Under the pieces are notes generated by a model. That model had not been told where the DNA came from. It searched no databases and worked only from the letters and a program-made list of their open reading frames with translations. Positions 19,397-28,347 of a stretch of DNA of 55,023 nt are shown one piece after another. Each line of letters starts with the position of its first letter. Position 1 is the first letter of the stretch. The position numbers and the translations under genes are program-made. The stretch is taken from assembly GCA_945957095.1 (NCBI GenBank), contig CAMFKD010000001.1:1-55023 (forward strand), written 5' to 3'. This DNA comes from an uncultured Chlamydiae bacterium. Its GTDB lineage: Bacteria; Chlamydiota; Chlamydiia; Chlamydiales; JAJFMA01.

Positions 19397-20866
19397 TTGC
19401 TGACACAAGATAAAGAAACAATCTCTAGAATGCCTAGAGGACCTATTACTGCAACGCAAGAAGTGCTTAAAGTACAGGGAGGCGCCCAGCTTAAAGGCAC
19501 CGTCCGAGCTGCAGGCGCTAAAAATGCAATGACGAAACTGCTTGTCGCATCGCTGCTATCCGACAAACGCTGCATCTTCTACAATGTTCCCGATATCGGC
19601 GACGTTGAAGTGACCGTTGCCCTCTGCCGTGAGATTGGTGCTGACATCCAATGGGACCGCGCTAAAGGCGTCATGGAAGTCATCACGAAAGAAATTAAGA
19701 CTTCTTATATCCCTCAGAGCTTTTCAGGCGCTAACCGTATCCCTATCCTCATGATTGGGGCCCTCTTAGGGCGCACTGGCGACGACATCATCGTCCCTAC
19801 AGTAGGGGGCTGTAAAATCGGTAGGCGCTCCGTCGACTTTCACATTACCGCTCTAGAGAAGCTGGGTGCGCGCATTGAGTATCGTGAGATGCGTCGCGAA
19901 GGCGCTTATTTTGCTAGCGCTCATAATGGCTTAAAAGGTGCCGTCATCGAACTTCCCTTCCCTTCAGTAGGGGCTACTGAAAATACCATCTTGGCTAGCG
20001 TGACAGCTCGTGGCACTACCGTCATCAAGAACGCGGCTATCGAGCCGGAGATCGTAGATCTCATCCTCTTTTTGCAGAAACTCGGTGCGATCATTACCCT
20101 CGATGTGGACCGTACCATCCACATCCAAGGGACTAGGCGTTTCTATGAAGTGGAACACACTGTCCTTCCTGACCGCTTGGAAGCCGCCTCTTGGGGGATG
20201 GCTGCCATCGCTTCTAAAGGGAAGGTGTTAGTAGAAGGCGCCCAGCACCTTAATATGATTACTTTCCTCAATAAAGTACGGGAAGTCGGCGGCGGTTATA
20301 ACGTCAAGAGCGACGGTATCGAATTCTTTTATGATGGTCCGATGCAGGGTGGCTTGCACATTGAAACCGACGTTCACCCGGGGTTTGGGACCGATTGGCA
20401 GCAGCCTTTTGTCGTCTTGCTGACACAAGCAAGCGGCGCTTCTGTCGTCCATGAAACAGTCTATGAAAATCGCTTTGGCTACTGCCAAACGTTGGTGGAG
20501 ATGGGAGCTGATATTTCTCTATTCCGTCAATGCTTGGGGGGTAAGAGCTGTCGCTTTGCTTCGCAAGGACATCTACACAGTCTGGTCGTCAGAGGTCCAA
20601 CTCCCCTTACCGGCCGCGATATCACGATTCCAGATTTGCGTGCAGGCTTTGCCTATGTCATGGCGGCACTGCTCGCCAGCGATAGCAGCACGTTACGAGG
20701 CGTTCGTTACCTGGACCGTGGTTATGAAAATCTAGTGCCGAAATTGCAGGCGCTGGGGGCTGATATCGAACGCTCTCAGGCGGCAGTTCTCCCCGGGACT
20801 GAAGAGGCTGAAGGGCCCTATGGACTTGCTAACTTTTGTCAATCCCCCTTCGGTGAGCTAAGTTAA
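19397..20866 (+). CDS. murA: UDP-N-acetylglucosamine 1-carboxyvinyltransferase
   Basis: MurA-like throughout (AGAKNAMTKLLVASLL, VGGCKIGRRSVDFH, DRLEAAS, DLRAGFAYVMAAL). The start is TTG 19397 with AGGAG 7 nt upstream, and ATG 19430 is an alternative. Confidence 0.92.
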   Translation: MLTQDKETISRMPRGPITATQEVLKVQGGAQLKGTVRAAGAKNAMTKLLVASLLSDKRCIFYNVPDIGDVEVTVALCREIGADIQWDRAKGVMEVITKEIKTSYIPQSFSGANRIPILMIGALLGRTGDDIIVPTVGGCKIGRRSVDFHITALEKLGARIEYREMRREGAYFASAHNGLKGAVIELPFPSVGATENTILASVTARGTTVIKNAAIEPEIVDLILFLQKLGAIITLDVDRTIHIQGTRRFYEVEHTVLPDRLEAASWGMAAIASKGKVLVEGAQHLNMITFLNKVREVGGGYNVKSDGIEFFYDGPMQGGLHIETDVHPGFGTDWQQPFVVLLTQASGASVVHETVYENRFGYCQTLVEMGADISLFRQCLGGKSCRFASQGHLHSLVVRGPTPLTGRDITIPDLRAGFAYVMAALLASDSSTLRGVRYLDRGYENLVPKLQALGADIERSQAAVLPGTEEAEGPYGLANFCQSPFGELS

Positions 20867-20867
20867 A

Positions 20868-21842
20868 TTGTCTCATTGCGGCCGTTCCTGGAAAGATGTT
20901 CTTCGAGATAATGTCACGGACTGGGTAAGGCTAGCAGATTACCTCGAGCTTTCTGCTGAACAACGCCGCCATATCGTTGCCATACGCCGTTTCCCTTTAA
21001 ACATTCCCTTGCGATTGGCTTCAAAGATAGCTAAGGGCAACCTGGATGATCCTCTCTTCAAGCAATTTGTTCCTACAACAGCTGAAAACGTGGAACAAGC
21101 AGGTTTTGATTGCGATCCTATTGGCGATACGGCCAGCCGGAAAAGTCCAAAACTTCTGCACAAGTATCGCGGTCGGGCGTTGCTGCTCTGCACCAGTGCC
21201 TGCGCGATGCACTGTCGCTACTGCTTCCGGCAGCATTTTGATTATGATGTGAAAGATAAGCTCTTTCAGGCTGAGTTAGAGGTGATTCGCCATGACCCCA
21301 CTATCACAGAGGTGATTTTGAGTGGAGGAGATCCTCTATCCCTCTCTGATCACTATTTGGAAGCATTGATGCAAGCGCTTGCTGCAATTCCTCATGTCAA
21401 ACGTCTACGCTTTCACACTCGCTTCCCCATTGGGATTCCCGAACGGTTGGACGATAGCTTTTTGCGGCTCTTTGACAACCTTGATCTCGCCGTTTGGTTT
21501 GTGATTCATAGCAACCATCCTCGAGAGCTGGATGACGACGTATTAGCAGCGTTAAAGCGACTGCAACGGAAGGGGGTTGTCATCTTGAATCAATGGGTGT
21601 TGCTTCGCGGAGTCAACGATGACGTGGAGGTGCTCGCAGAGCTATGCGAGAAGATGGTAAACCATGCTATCTTCCCTTATTACTTGCATCAGCTCGACAG
21701 AACACTGGGAGTCGGGCATTTTGAGGTGCCAGAAGCCGAAGGGCAAGCGCTGATCAAAGCTCTGATGACGCGCCTGCCTGGCTATGCCGTTCCCAAGTAT
21801 GTGCGTGAAGTGGCTGGCGAAGCCAGCAAAACAATGTTGTAG
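20868..21842 (+). CDS. epmB: EF-P beta-lysylation protein EpmB / lysine 2,3-aminomutase-like radical SAM enzyme
   Basis: 324 aa. Radical-SAM CAMHCRYCFR preceded by LLHKYRGRALLL, with an N-terminal region like YjeK. The TTG start is 1 nt after the murA stop. Confidence 0.85.
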   Translation: MSHCGRSWKDVLRDNVTDWVRLADYLELSAEQRRHIVAIRRFPLNIPLRLASKIAKGNLDDPLFKQFVPTTAENVEQAGFDCDPIGDTASRKSPKLLHKYRGRALLLCTSACAMHCRYCFRQHFDYDVKDKLFQAELEVIRHDPTITEVILSGGDPLSLSDHYLEALMQALAAIPHVKRLRFHTRFPIGIPERLDDSFLRLFDNLDLAVWFVIHSNHPRELDDDVLAALKRLQRKGVVILNQWVLLRGVNDDVEVLAELCEKMVNHAIFPYYLHQLDRTLGVGHFEVPEAEGQALIKALMTRLPGYAVPKYVREVAGEASKTML

Positions 21843-21865
21843 ATCTATACCCAAACAAATTGAAA

Positions 21866-22099
21866 TCAGCGCTTTGACAGCCTTTTTAAGAGATCATCAT
21901 TTTCTTTGAGAACATCCCTAAATGCTTTCTTATGCAAGTCTGGATTGACAGCTTTAACCGATTGAATGGTGATTCCACCGTTAGGATCGACAGTAATTTG
22001 AAACCACGCCGTTTTTTCGGATAATCCCGCAGCATCTAGCAAAGCCTTGTCGATGACTAGCGCACTGTTGTTGCCGTGTTTGATAAGTTGTTTGATCAT
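21866..22099 (-). CDS. AbrB/MazE (SpoVT-AbrB fold) antitoxin-like DNA-binding protein with no adjacent toxin
   Basis: MIKQLIKHGNNSALVIDKALLDAAGLSEKTAWFQITVDPNGGITIQ matches the looped-hinge-helix antitoxin pattern. I chose the ATG at 22099 because AAGGAG lies 6 nt upstream; the track ORF starts 7 codons earlier. Confidence 0.6.
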   Translation of the reverse strand: MIKQLIKHGNNSALVIDKALLDAAGLSEKTAWFQITVDPNGGITIQSVKAVNPDLHKKAFRDVLKENDDLLKRLSKR

Positions 22100-22184
22100 T
22101 TCGTTCTCCTTGTAATCCATGCGTTATAACAAAATGCCTTTATCTCTCTCAATACATCGTGATGACAATCAGGTGCACTTCCCT

Positions 22185-22209
22185 CTCTGTGACCTCTGTG
22201 TTCTCTGTG
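22185..22209. repeat. solo triplet of CTCTGTG heptamers phased at 9 bp (same module as in the large repeats)
   Basis: CTCTGTG occurs at 22185, 22194 and 22203 and is followed by gtaaaaaattt. This resembles 54782-54815 (CTCTGTG/CTCTGCG/CTCTGTG then gtaataaattc). Confidence 0.7.
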
Positions 22210-22234
22210 GTAAAAAATTTAGCGGAAATGGCGA

Positions 22235-24001
22235 TTACATTCTCTCGACGGTGGCGATGCCAAGAATGGAGAGCCCTTGCTTGAGGGTGCAGGCGACTAC
22301 TTCACTGAGGAGGAGGCGTGAGTGTTGTTCGGGGGAGCCTTCAACGCGACAATCGCGGAAGAAGGCATTGAATCTTTCAGCCAAGCCAAATAGGTAGTCA
22401 GTGAGGCGATTGGGGATGAGGTCTTTGGACACGAAATCTAAGGTTTCATGGAACTGAAGCAAGTGGAGAGCTAGTGCCAGTTCGGAAGGATGTTCTAGCT
22501 TGATCTCCTCTTTGCCGATCAGGTTGTTGATGTCGACCCCGACCTTGCGCTTAATGCTTTCGACGCGCACATAAGCGTACATGAGGAAGGCGGCAGTATT
22601 GCCTTCGAAGCGCAGCATACGGTCATAGCTGAAGGTATAGTCTCCTTGGCGATGTGTCGACAGGTCAGCATATTTGACAGCGCCGATTCCTAACGCTTTG
22701 GCTAATGCTAGGCGGTCTTCACGATCGATCTCTGGGCTGCGCTCTTTCAGAATTTCATCGGCCCTATCGACGGCTGTTGTCAGAAGGTCGATGAGCCTTT
22801 CTGTCTCACCTGCGCGTGTTCGGAACTTCTTTCCATCAGGACCTAAGACCAATCCAAAGGTCACGTGGTCGACGCGGTTTTTGGCAGGGTTGAGATAGCC
22901 GGCTTTCTCAGCGGCTTTAAAGATCATGGCAAAGTGTGTCGCTTGTCCTGCATCGGTGACATAGATGATGCGTTCAGCTTTCTCCACCTCGCAGCGATGA
23001 CGTATCGCTGCCATATCGGTCGTGTCGTAATTGTAGCCACCGTCGCTCTTCTGCACCATAAGGGGAAGAGGATCACCCTCTCGGTTTTGAAAACCCTCTA
23101 AGAAGATGCACTTGGCGCCGTCAGAGAGCTGGACAAGGCCTTTAGCTTCTAAGTCAGCGACAACCTCTGCAAGCATGGGGTTGTAGAAGGACTCACCACG
23201 CTCCACCAACTTGATATCCAGTAAGTCATAGATTTCTTGATAGGCTTTACGCGAGATGTCACAGATGATTTCCCAGGCGTGTAAGCTATCTGGGTCGCCG
23301 CCCTGCAGCTTCACGACCTCAAGACGTGAGCGCTGCTTAAATGCTTCGTCGGCGTCAAAGAGCATCTTGGACGCCTTGTACCAGGCAACTAGCTGCGTGA
23401 GGTCGGTGTGGTGTTCGCCGCTGAGAACCTTAGGCGCTTGCTCTTTCATGTAGGCGATGAGCATGCCAAAGGCAGTACCCCAGTCTCCAATGTGGTTGAG
23501 GCGCAGCACATCATGCCCTTGGAACTCCAACAAGCGCGCCAGGCAGTCACCAATGATCGTCGAGCGTAGGTGGCCGACGTGGAGCTCTTTAGCGGTATTG
23601 GGTGACGAGAACTCGACGATGGTCTTTTGCGGATGGGTAGGCTTGTCGACACCAAGTCGTGGATCGCCAACCAGCGTATTGACCTGGTGATTGAGAAAGG
23701 CGTTGTCGAGAGCAATATTGATAAAGCCCGGTCCTGCTATCTCCAGATGGGCGATCATCGCCAAGCCCTCTCCGTTGCTGCGGTCGAGGTGGTGGACGAT
23801 ATGTTCAGCCACCTGCCTAGGCGCTACCTTAAGCTGCTTCGCTAGCTTCATCGCTGTGTTGCATTGGTAGTGACCGAACTTATCGTTTGTGCTTTGCGTT
23901 ACTTCGACAGGAATAGCGTCAGCATCAGGCAACAGCTCAGGATAGGCCTTCAGAATGGCCTGTAAAAATTTATCGTATAACTGGTTAATCAGGCTTTTCA
24001 T
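22235..24001 (-). CDS. argS: arginine--tRNA ligase
   Basis: ArgRS-like, with class I HIGH-type SSPNTAKELHVGHLRST and a C-terminal anticodon-binding region ending VERM. I chose the start at M18 (MKSLINQLYDKF, CAT at 23999-24001). Confidence 0.93.
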   Translation of the reverse strand: MKSLINQLYDKFLQAILKAYPELLPDADAIPVEVTQSTNDKFGHYQCNTAMKLAKQLKVAPRQVAEHIVHHLDRSNGEGLAMIAHLEIAGPGFINIALDNAFLNHQVNTLVGDPRLGVDKPTHPQKTIVEFSSPNTAKELHVGHLRSTIIGDCLARLLEFQGHDVLRLNHIGDWGTAFGMLIAYMKEQAPKVLSGEHHTDLTQLVAWYKASKMLFDADEAFKQRSRLEVVKLQGGDPDSLHAWEIICDISRKAYQEIYDLLDIKLVERGESFYNPMLAEVVADLEAKGLVQLSDGAKCIFLEGFQNREGDPLPLMVQKSDGGYNYDTTDMAAIRHRCEVEKAERIIYVTDAGQATHFAMIFKAAEKAGYLNPAKNRVDHVTFGLVLGPDGKKFRTRAGETERLIDLLTTAVDRADEILKERSPEIDREDRLALAKALGIGAVKYADLSTHRQGDYTFSYDRMLRFEGNTAAFLMYAYVRVESIKRKVGVDINNLIGKEEIKLEHPSELALALHLLQFHETLDFVSKDLIPNRLTDYLFGLAERFNAFFRDCRVEGSPEQHSRLLLSEVVACTLKQGLSILGIATVERM

Positions 24002-24044
24002 AGCTGCTAGCCTAACACGATTGCTCTTAAAGTGAAAGCGCATG

Positions 24045-24132
24045 ATGGACAATGGACATGGACGTAATGGACCTAATAGACGCCATGGACATTATAAACG
24101 TCTTTTTTGTCCATCATGTCTATTACGTCCAT
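24045..24132. repeat. array of ATGGAC-type hexamers with 9-bp phasing, arranged as an imperfect palindrome
   Basis: ATGGAC at 24045, 24052, 24058, 24067 and 24085. ATAGAC at 24076 and ATAAAC at 24094. A T6 run follows, then the inverse GTCCAT at 24109, GTCTAT at 24118 and GTCCAT at 24127. 24058-24072 is complementary to 24118-24132 (14/15). Confidence 0.8.
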
Positions 24133-24134
24133 GC

Positions 24135-25478
24135 TCAGCGAGGGGCATGTGCGGCTCTTTTGGGGGAATGGCTATATCTGCGCGGTTTAGGCGCTCCATC
24201 GCGCTTCTGGAAAGTCGGCGAAGCAGTCCCCTGACGCTCTGTAGGCTCTTGGACAGGTCTGCCTTTGCTCACCCTCTCGCGTTGGCGGAAGGGGGGCCTG
24301 CGGTTTCTGTCTTGCTTAGGTGCCGCTGGCCGTGGTTTGTGCGTTGGTTCTAATCCAGGAATCGTAACAGGTGTCATGGTTTGCCCAGTGAAACGCTCGA
24401 TGTCTCGGACCAATGGTTTGTCTTTGGGTGCCGCAAAGCTAATGGCGATCCCTTTCGCTCCTGCGCGTCCTGTGCGTCCGATGCGATGCACATAGTCTTC
24501 TGTGCTTTGCGGCAGGTCGAAGTTAATGACATGGCTGATGGTATGGACGTCAAGGCCTCTAGCAGCGACATCGGTAGCCACCAAGACGGCAATCTTGCCT
24601 TGGCGCATACGTTCCATCGTTCTAGTGCGTTGGCGCTGGTTCATGTCGCCATGGAGGGCAGCAGCGTGATGGCCTTCTTCCAATAGGATATCGACAAGCT
24701 CATCAGCATGACGCTTGGTCGCCGTGAAGACGATCGTTTGCTGCGACGCCTCTTCGCGCAACAGGTGATGCAATAGGCGGATCTTATGATTCATATTGTC
24801 GACGAGCAGTAGCCGCTGGTCAATACTTTCATGCTTGGTGCGTTGGGCATGGACGCAGATCTCTTGAGGGTCCGACAGCAAGCGCTCCGACAGTTTCAGG
24901 ACATTGCCTTTTAGCGTCGCAGAGAAGAGGAGTGTCTGACGTTGCTTAGGCGTAGCATCGGCAATCTGTTCCACAGGACCGATGAAGCCCATGTCTAGCA
25001 TGCGGTCTGCTTCGTCTAGCACGAGCATCTCGAGGCGTGAGAAATCGATACGTCCCCTCTCCATGTGGTCGATGAGACGCCCTGGCGTTGCCACCAAGAT
25101 TTCGTAAGGCTGTGATAGCTGTCTGTTCTGAACAGGGTAGGGAGCCCCTCCATAGATACAGACTGTAGTCATACGGGGTAGGTACTTACTATAAGCTACC
25201 GCTTTGGCTGTCACCTGCATCGCCAACTCTCGTGTTGGCACGAGGATGAGGATCCGGGGACCGCGAGCGCGCGAAGTAGAGCGTACGATCAGTTTGTTGA
25301 GAGCGGGAAGGATGAAGGCAGCCGTCTTACCGGTGCCTGTTTGGGCGGAGGCGCGCAGGTCATGACCTGCCAACACCTTAGGGATTGCCATTAGCTGGAT
25401 TTCCGTCGGAGAGGTATAGCCCTCCTCTTCAACCGCTTTCAGAATATCAGGATGCAAATTAAGTTCTTGGAATGACAC
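24135..25478 (-). CDS. DEAD-box ATP-dependent RNA helicase (RhlE-like, basic C-terminal tail)
   Basis: 447 aa with a GTG start. AQTGTGKTAAF (motif I), PTRELA, VLDEADRMLDMGF (DEAD), SAT, HRIGRTGRAG, and an Arg/Pro/Lys-rich tail. Confidence 0.92.
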   Translation of the reverse strand: MSFQELNLHPDILKAVEEEGYTSPTEIQLMAIPKVLAGHDLRASAQTGTGKTAAFILPALNKLIVRSTSRARGPRILILVPTRELAMQVTAKAVAYSKYLPRMTTVCIYGGAPYPVQNRQLSQPYEILVATPGRLIDHMERGRIDFSRLEMLVLDEADRMLDMGFIGPVEQIADATPKQRQTLLFSATLKGNVLKLSERLLSDPQEICVHAQRTKHESIDQRLLLVDNMNHKIRLLHHLLREEASQQTIVFTATKRHADELVDILLEEGHHAAALHGDMNQRQRTRTMERMRQGKIAVLVATDVAARGLDVHTISHVINFDLPQSTEDYVHRIGRTGRAGAKGIAISFAAPKDKPLVRDIERFTGQTMTPVTIPGLEPTHKPRPAAPKQDRNRRPPFRQRERVSKGRPVQEPTERQGTASPTFQKRDGAPKPRRYSHSPKRAAHAPR

Positions 25479-25587
25479 AAAGTCTCACTTTTGAAAAGAT
25501 AAAAAATCAGCATATCATATGGAAACAATAATAGACAGTTTTATTTGCTATATTTTATCTGCTTCTCAGTCTCACAGAGAGTTTTGG

Positions 25588-26922
25588 TCACCAGCTGTGT
25601 TTCTTGCGAACAACCTCCCACTGCTTATCGTTAAACTCTTTTATTTCACATCCATAATAAAAATCATTATCATTCAAACCTGAGGCATACTGGTCATTAT
25701 CGTAGTTTCGCCATCCGCACTCTTTACGGGTACTATCTTCCCCTAAGAGGAATAATGTACCATTCCCTTCTTTCAGGCCATTGTGATGGTTGCCCTTCCA
25801 ACATCCATAAGGCCATTCATCTATCCCACAGCTCGTTCCTTCGCCATGCAGAGCCCGAGCTTCACTACTATTATAAACATAATCGCCTTCAGTGTGAAGG
25901 ATACGACCTTCATATACTTGCCCGTTGATCAATCGATTTCCATCGAAGTTGCCGGTTAGTAGTCTTTCAGGAAAATTGGTCTTGACGGTTGTGTTGATAC
26001 ATTGAAAATTTTTCACTGTTGCTTTGACTTCTGGTATATCATGGATGTCGAAATAGCTATTCTTAATATAGTTTCCGTCCTGAAGCCATACGATGGTAGC
26101 CTTTGGGGTTTCGAAGAAGAATTCGGATAGAAATTCAAAAAAACCCACACTTTTCACGCTGGTCGTTTCCCAAAGGAACGTACCATTAGCGATACAAAGA
26201 GGATCTCTCCGATGATCATAATCGATGCAGGAGAGAGAACCAACCCCAGATATCAGCTCATCATCGAGACAACTACCTGCGAATGTAGCGTGATAGACAT
26301 CTCCATCATATTTTCTGTAAGGAGGAACGAACGTAACAGTTTTGTTACACGGATAAGAGGTGTTTGTATTCGAGGGATCTGCTTGAGAAGAATGGGAGAG
26401 TGTACGCGAGCTCTGTGACTGACTGAAACTACTACCGCCAAAGGGCCACCATTGAGTCGGTGGGTCGGATTGAGAACTGGATGATGTTGGCGAGTCGTGT
26501 GAGACACCAGAACCATCTCCGCCACCACGAGAGGTAAGTCTTGCCGTTGGACGATACGCTAGACAGACGGTAGCTAAGCAAACAGCCCCAGTGGCAGCCA
26601 TGAGCGCTCGATATATGGTTGTATTGGCTTGTTTCTTCTTGTCGACAAGCTTTTCGACGCTTTTGACTGCGGGTAATATGGTAGCGATAGCTGGAGCGTG
26701 TGGAGTAGGTGGCTTAATGGCCTGAGCTGTTGTTGGTAGCTTTGATGCGGTTCTTTGGTCGAGAGAAATTCGCTTCATCACAGTAGTCGGCAGTTGTTGT
26801 CCGGCTCTTCTAACAGGCTTTACCCCTGGTTTTCCATGGCCTGCGGTCACAGGCCTTTTGGCTGATTGTGCTGGAGTACTAACCGTGGATGGGTGGAAAG
26901 ACGCTCTTACAGGTGTTGTCAT
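25588..26922 (-). CDS. paralog family member P1: basic N-terminus, single TM, Ser-rich linker, Cys-conserved MORN-like ectodomain
   Basis: 444 aa. MTTPVRASF..., QANTTIYRALMAATGAVCLATVCLAY (TM), an SSSSQS/WWPF linker, GNFDGNRLINGQVYEG...EGDYVYNS, and CWKGNHHNGLKEGNGTLF. Confidence 0.8.
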   Translation of the reverse strand: MTTPVRASFHPSTVSTPAQSAKRPVTAGHGKPGVKPVRRAGQQLPTTVMKRISLDQRTASKLPTTAQAIKPPTPHAPAIATILPAVKSVEKLVDKKKQANTTIYRALMAATGAVCLATVCLAYRPTARLTSRGGGDGSGVSHDSPTSSSSQSDPPTQWWPFGGSSFSQSQSSRTLSHSSQADPSNTNTSYPCNKTVTFVPPYRKYDGDVYHATFAGSCLDDELISGVGSLSCIDYDHRRDPLCIANGTFLWETTSVKSVGFFEFLSEFFFETPKATIVWLQDGNYIKNSYFDIHDIPEVKATVKNFQCINTTVKTNFPERLLTGNFDGNRLINGQVYEGRILHTEGDYVYNSSEARALHGEGTSCGIDEWPYGCWKGNHHNGLKEGNGTLFLLGEDSTRKECGWRNYDNDQYASGLNDNDFYYGCEIKEFNDKQWEVVRKKHSW

Positions 26923-27003
26923 TGATTGATTTTTTTGTGAAAATGATTGGGTGTTTTATATATTTTCATGTATAGCGTAATCGTTTTATTAGTTATGTGC
27001 TTA

Positions 27004-28332
27004 TTAATTATGTGAATAGCGTTTTACATTGCATGTATTCGTATTTTCAAAACCAGAAATCTGCATGTCAGAAGAGTACTCTCGCGATCCGCAGTCGTTA
27101 CGAGAATCGTCATTGTTTATGGAAAATAATGAACCTTTCCCTTCTTTCTTGCCTTTATTATGGTTCCCCTCCCAGCATACGTAACGGTAATGCTCTATGT
27201 TGCAGCTTATGCCTGTGCCATTCAGGAATCGAACTCCATTGCTATCATAAACATAGTCGCCATCGGTCATAAGATCTTGATACTTATATACCTTCCCGCT
27301 GGTCAATTGAGTTCCATTGAAGTTACCGACCAGCTTTTCACTATCCCAAAAATCGCTCCTAACAGTCGTATCGATGAGCAGATAGTCTTTGACTGTTGCT
27401 TCAACTTCTAACCTATCCCAAACACCATTATAACGATCGTAGCCGTCTAACTTGCGATAGTTTCCGTCTTGAAGCTGCACAGTGGTGGTTGGGGAGGAGA
27501 AAATCTGGAAGAGGGCTCCTAAAAAACCCTCCGCTTTCACAGAGGTTGTTGTGATGGAGAATGTACCATTAGCGGTACAGATATGATCGGTGTCATAAAA
27601 ATTAAGATCGTTGCAGAAGAGAGATCCTTCTGTGGATATCAGCTCGCCATTGAGGCAGGTACCATTGAATGTAGCATCATAGATATCTCGATCATCTCTT
27701 TTGTAAGGAGCGATGAACTTAACAGCTTTCGTGCACGCATAGGGATCAGATGTGTTTGTATTCCAGAGAAGTGGTTGAGAAGAATTCAAAGATGTTTGCG
27801 AGCTGTGTGACTGACTGGAACTACTGCTACTGAAGGGCCACCAGTAGTGGGTCGATGAATTCGATTGAGAACTGGACGATGTGTGCAAATCGTTTGAGTT
27901 GTCAGGGGCATTTCCGCTGTTATTAGCACGAGAACTGGAGTGGTCGTTATTGTTGCCCCCCCTTCTTAAGCGGAGATAGACGGCACCTAAGCAAGCGGCG
28001 CCAACGGTAGCCATGAGTGCTCGATACATCGTCGTATTGGCTTGTTCCTTCTTGTCGACAGGTTTCTCGGTAGCCTTAACTGCGGGCGCTATGGCAGCAA
28101 TAGCGGGGGTGTTTGGAGCGGGTGATTTAATGGTCTGAGCTGCTGGCAGCTTCGACGCAGTCTTTTGGTTGGTTGGGATTCGCTTCGTTACAGTAGTCGG
28201 CAGTCGTCGTCCTGCTCTCGCAACGGGTCGTCCTGCTAGCTTTCCGTTGGTTGTAGTCAAGGGGCGTTTGGTTGGTGGTACCAGTTTGCTCGCTGTGGAT
28301 GGGCGGAAAGATGCTCTTACAGGTGTTGTCAT
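27004..28332 (-). CDS. paralog family member P2
   Basis: 442 aa and collinear with P1. MTTPVRASF..., QANTTMYRALMATVGAACLGAVYL, a Ser/Asn-rich linker with WWPF, GNFNGTQLTSGKVYKY...DGDYVYDS, and CWEGNHNKGKKEGKGSLF. Confidence 0.8.
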   Translation of the reverse strand: MTTPVRASFRPSTASKLVPPTKRPLTTTNGKLAGRPVARAGRRLPTTVTKRIPTNQKTASKLPAAQTIKSPAPNTPAIAAIAPAVKATEKPVDKKEQANTTMYRALMATVGAACLGAVYLRLRRGGNNNDHSSSRANNSGNAPDNSNDLHTSSSSQSNSSTHYWWPFSSSSSSQSHSSQTSLNSSQPLLWNTNTSDPYACTKAVKFIAPYKRDDRDIYDATFNGTCLNGELISTEGSLFCNDLNFYDTDHICTANGTFSITTTSVKAEGFLGALFQIFSSPTTTVQLQDGNYRKLDGYDRYNGVWDRLEVEATVKDYLLIDTTVRSDFWDSEKLVGNFNGTQLTSGKVYKYQDLMTDGDYVYDSNGVRFLNGTGISCNIEHYRYVCWEGNHNKGKKEGKGSLFSINNDDSRNDCGSREYSSDMQISGFENTNTCNVKRYSHN

Positions 28333-28347
28333 GATTAACCTTTATTT

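Noticed and set aside
24042-24353. ORFs 24042..24353 and 24052..24234 (MDMDVMDLIDAMD...)
   Set aside because: They arise from the repeated ATGGAC hexamers and then run antisense through the helicase gene tail. They are an artefact of the repeat array.
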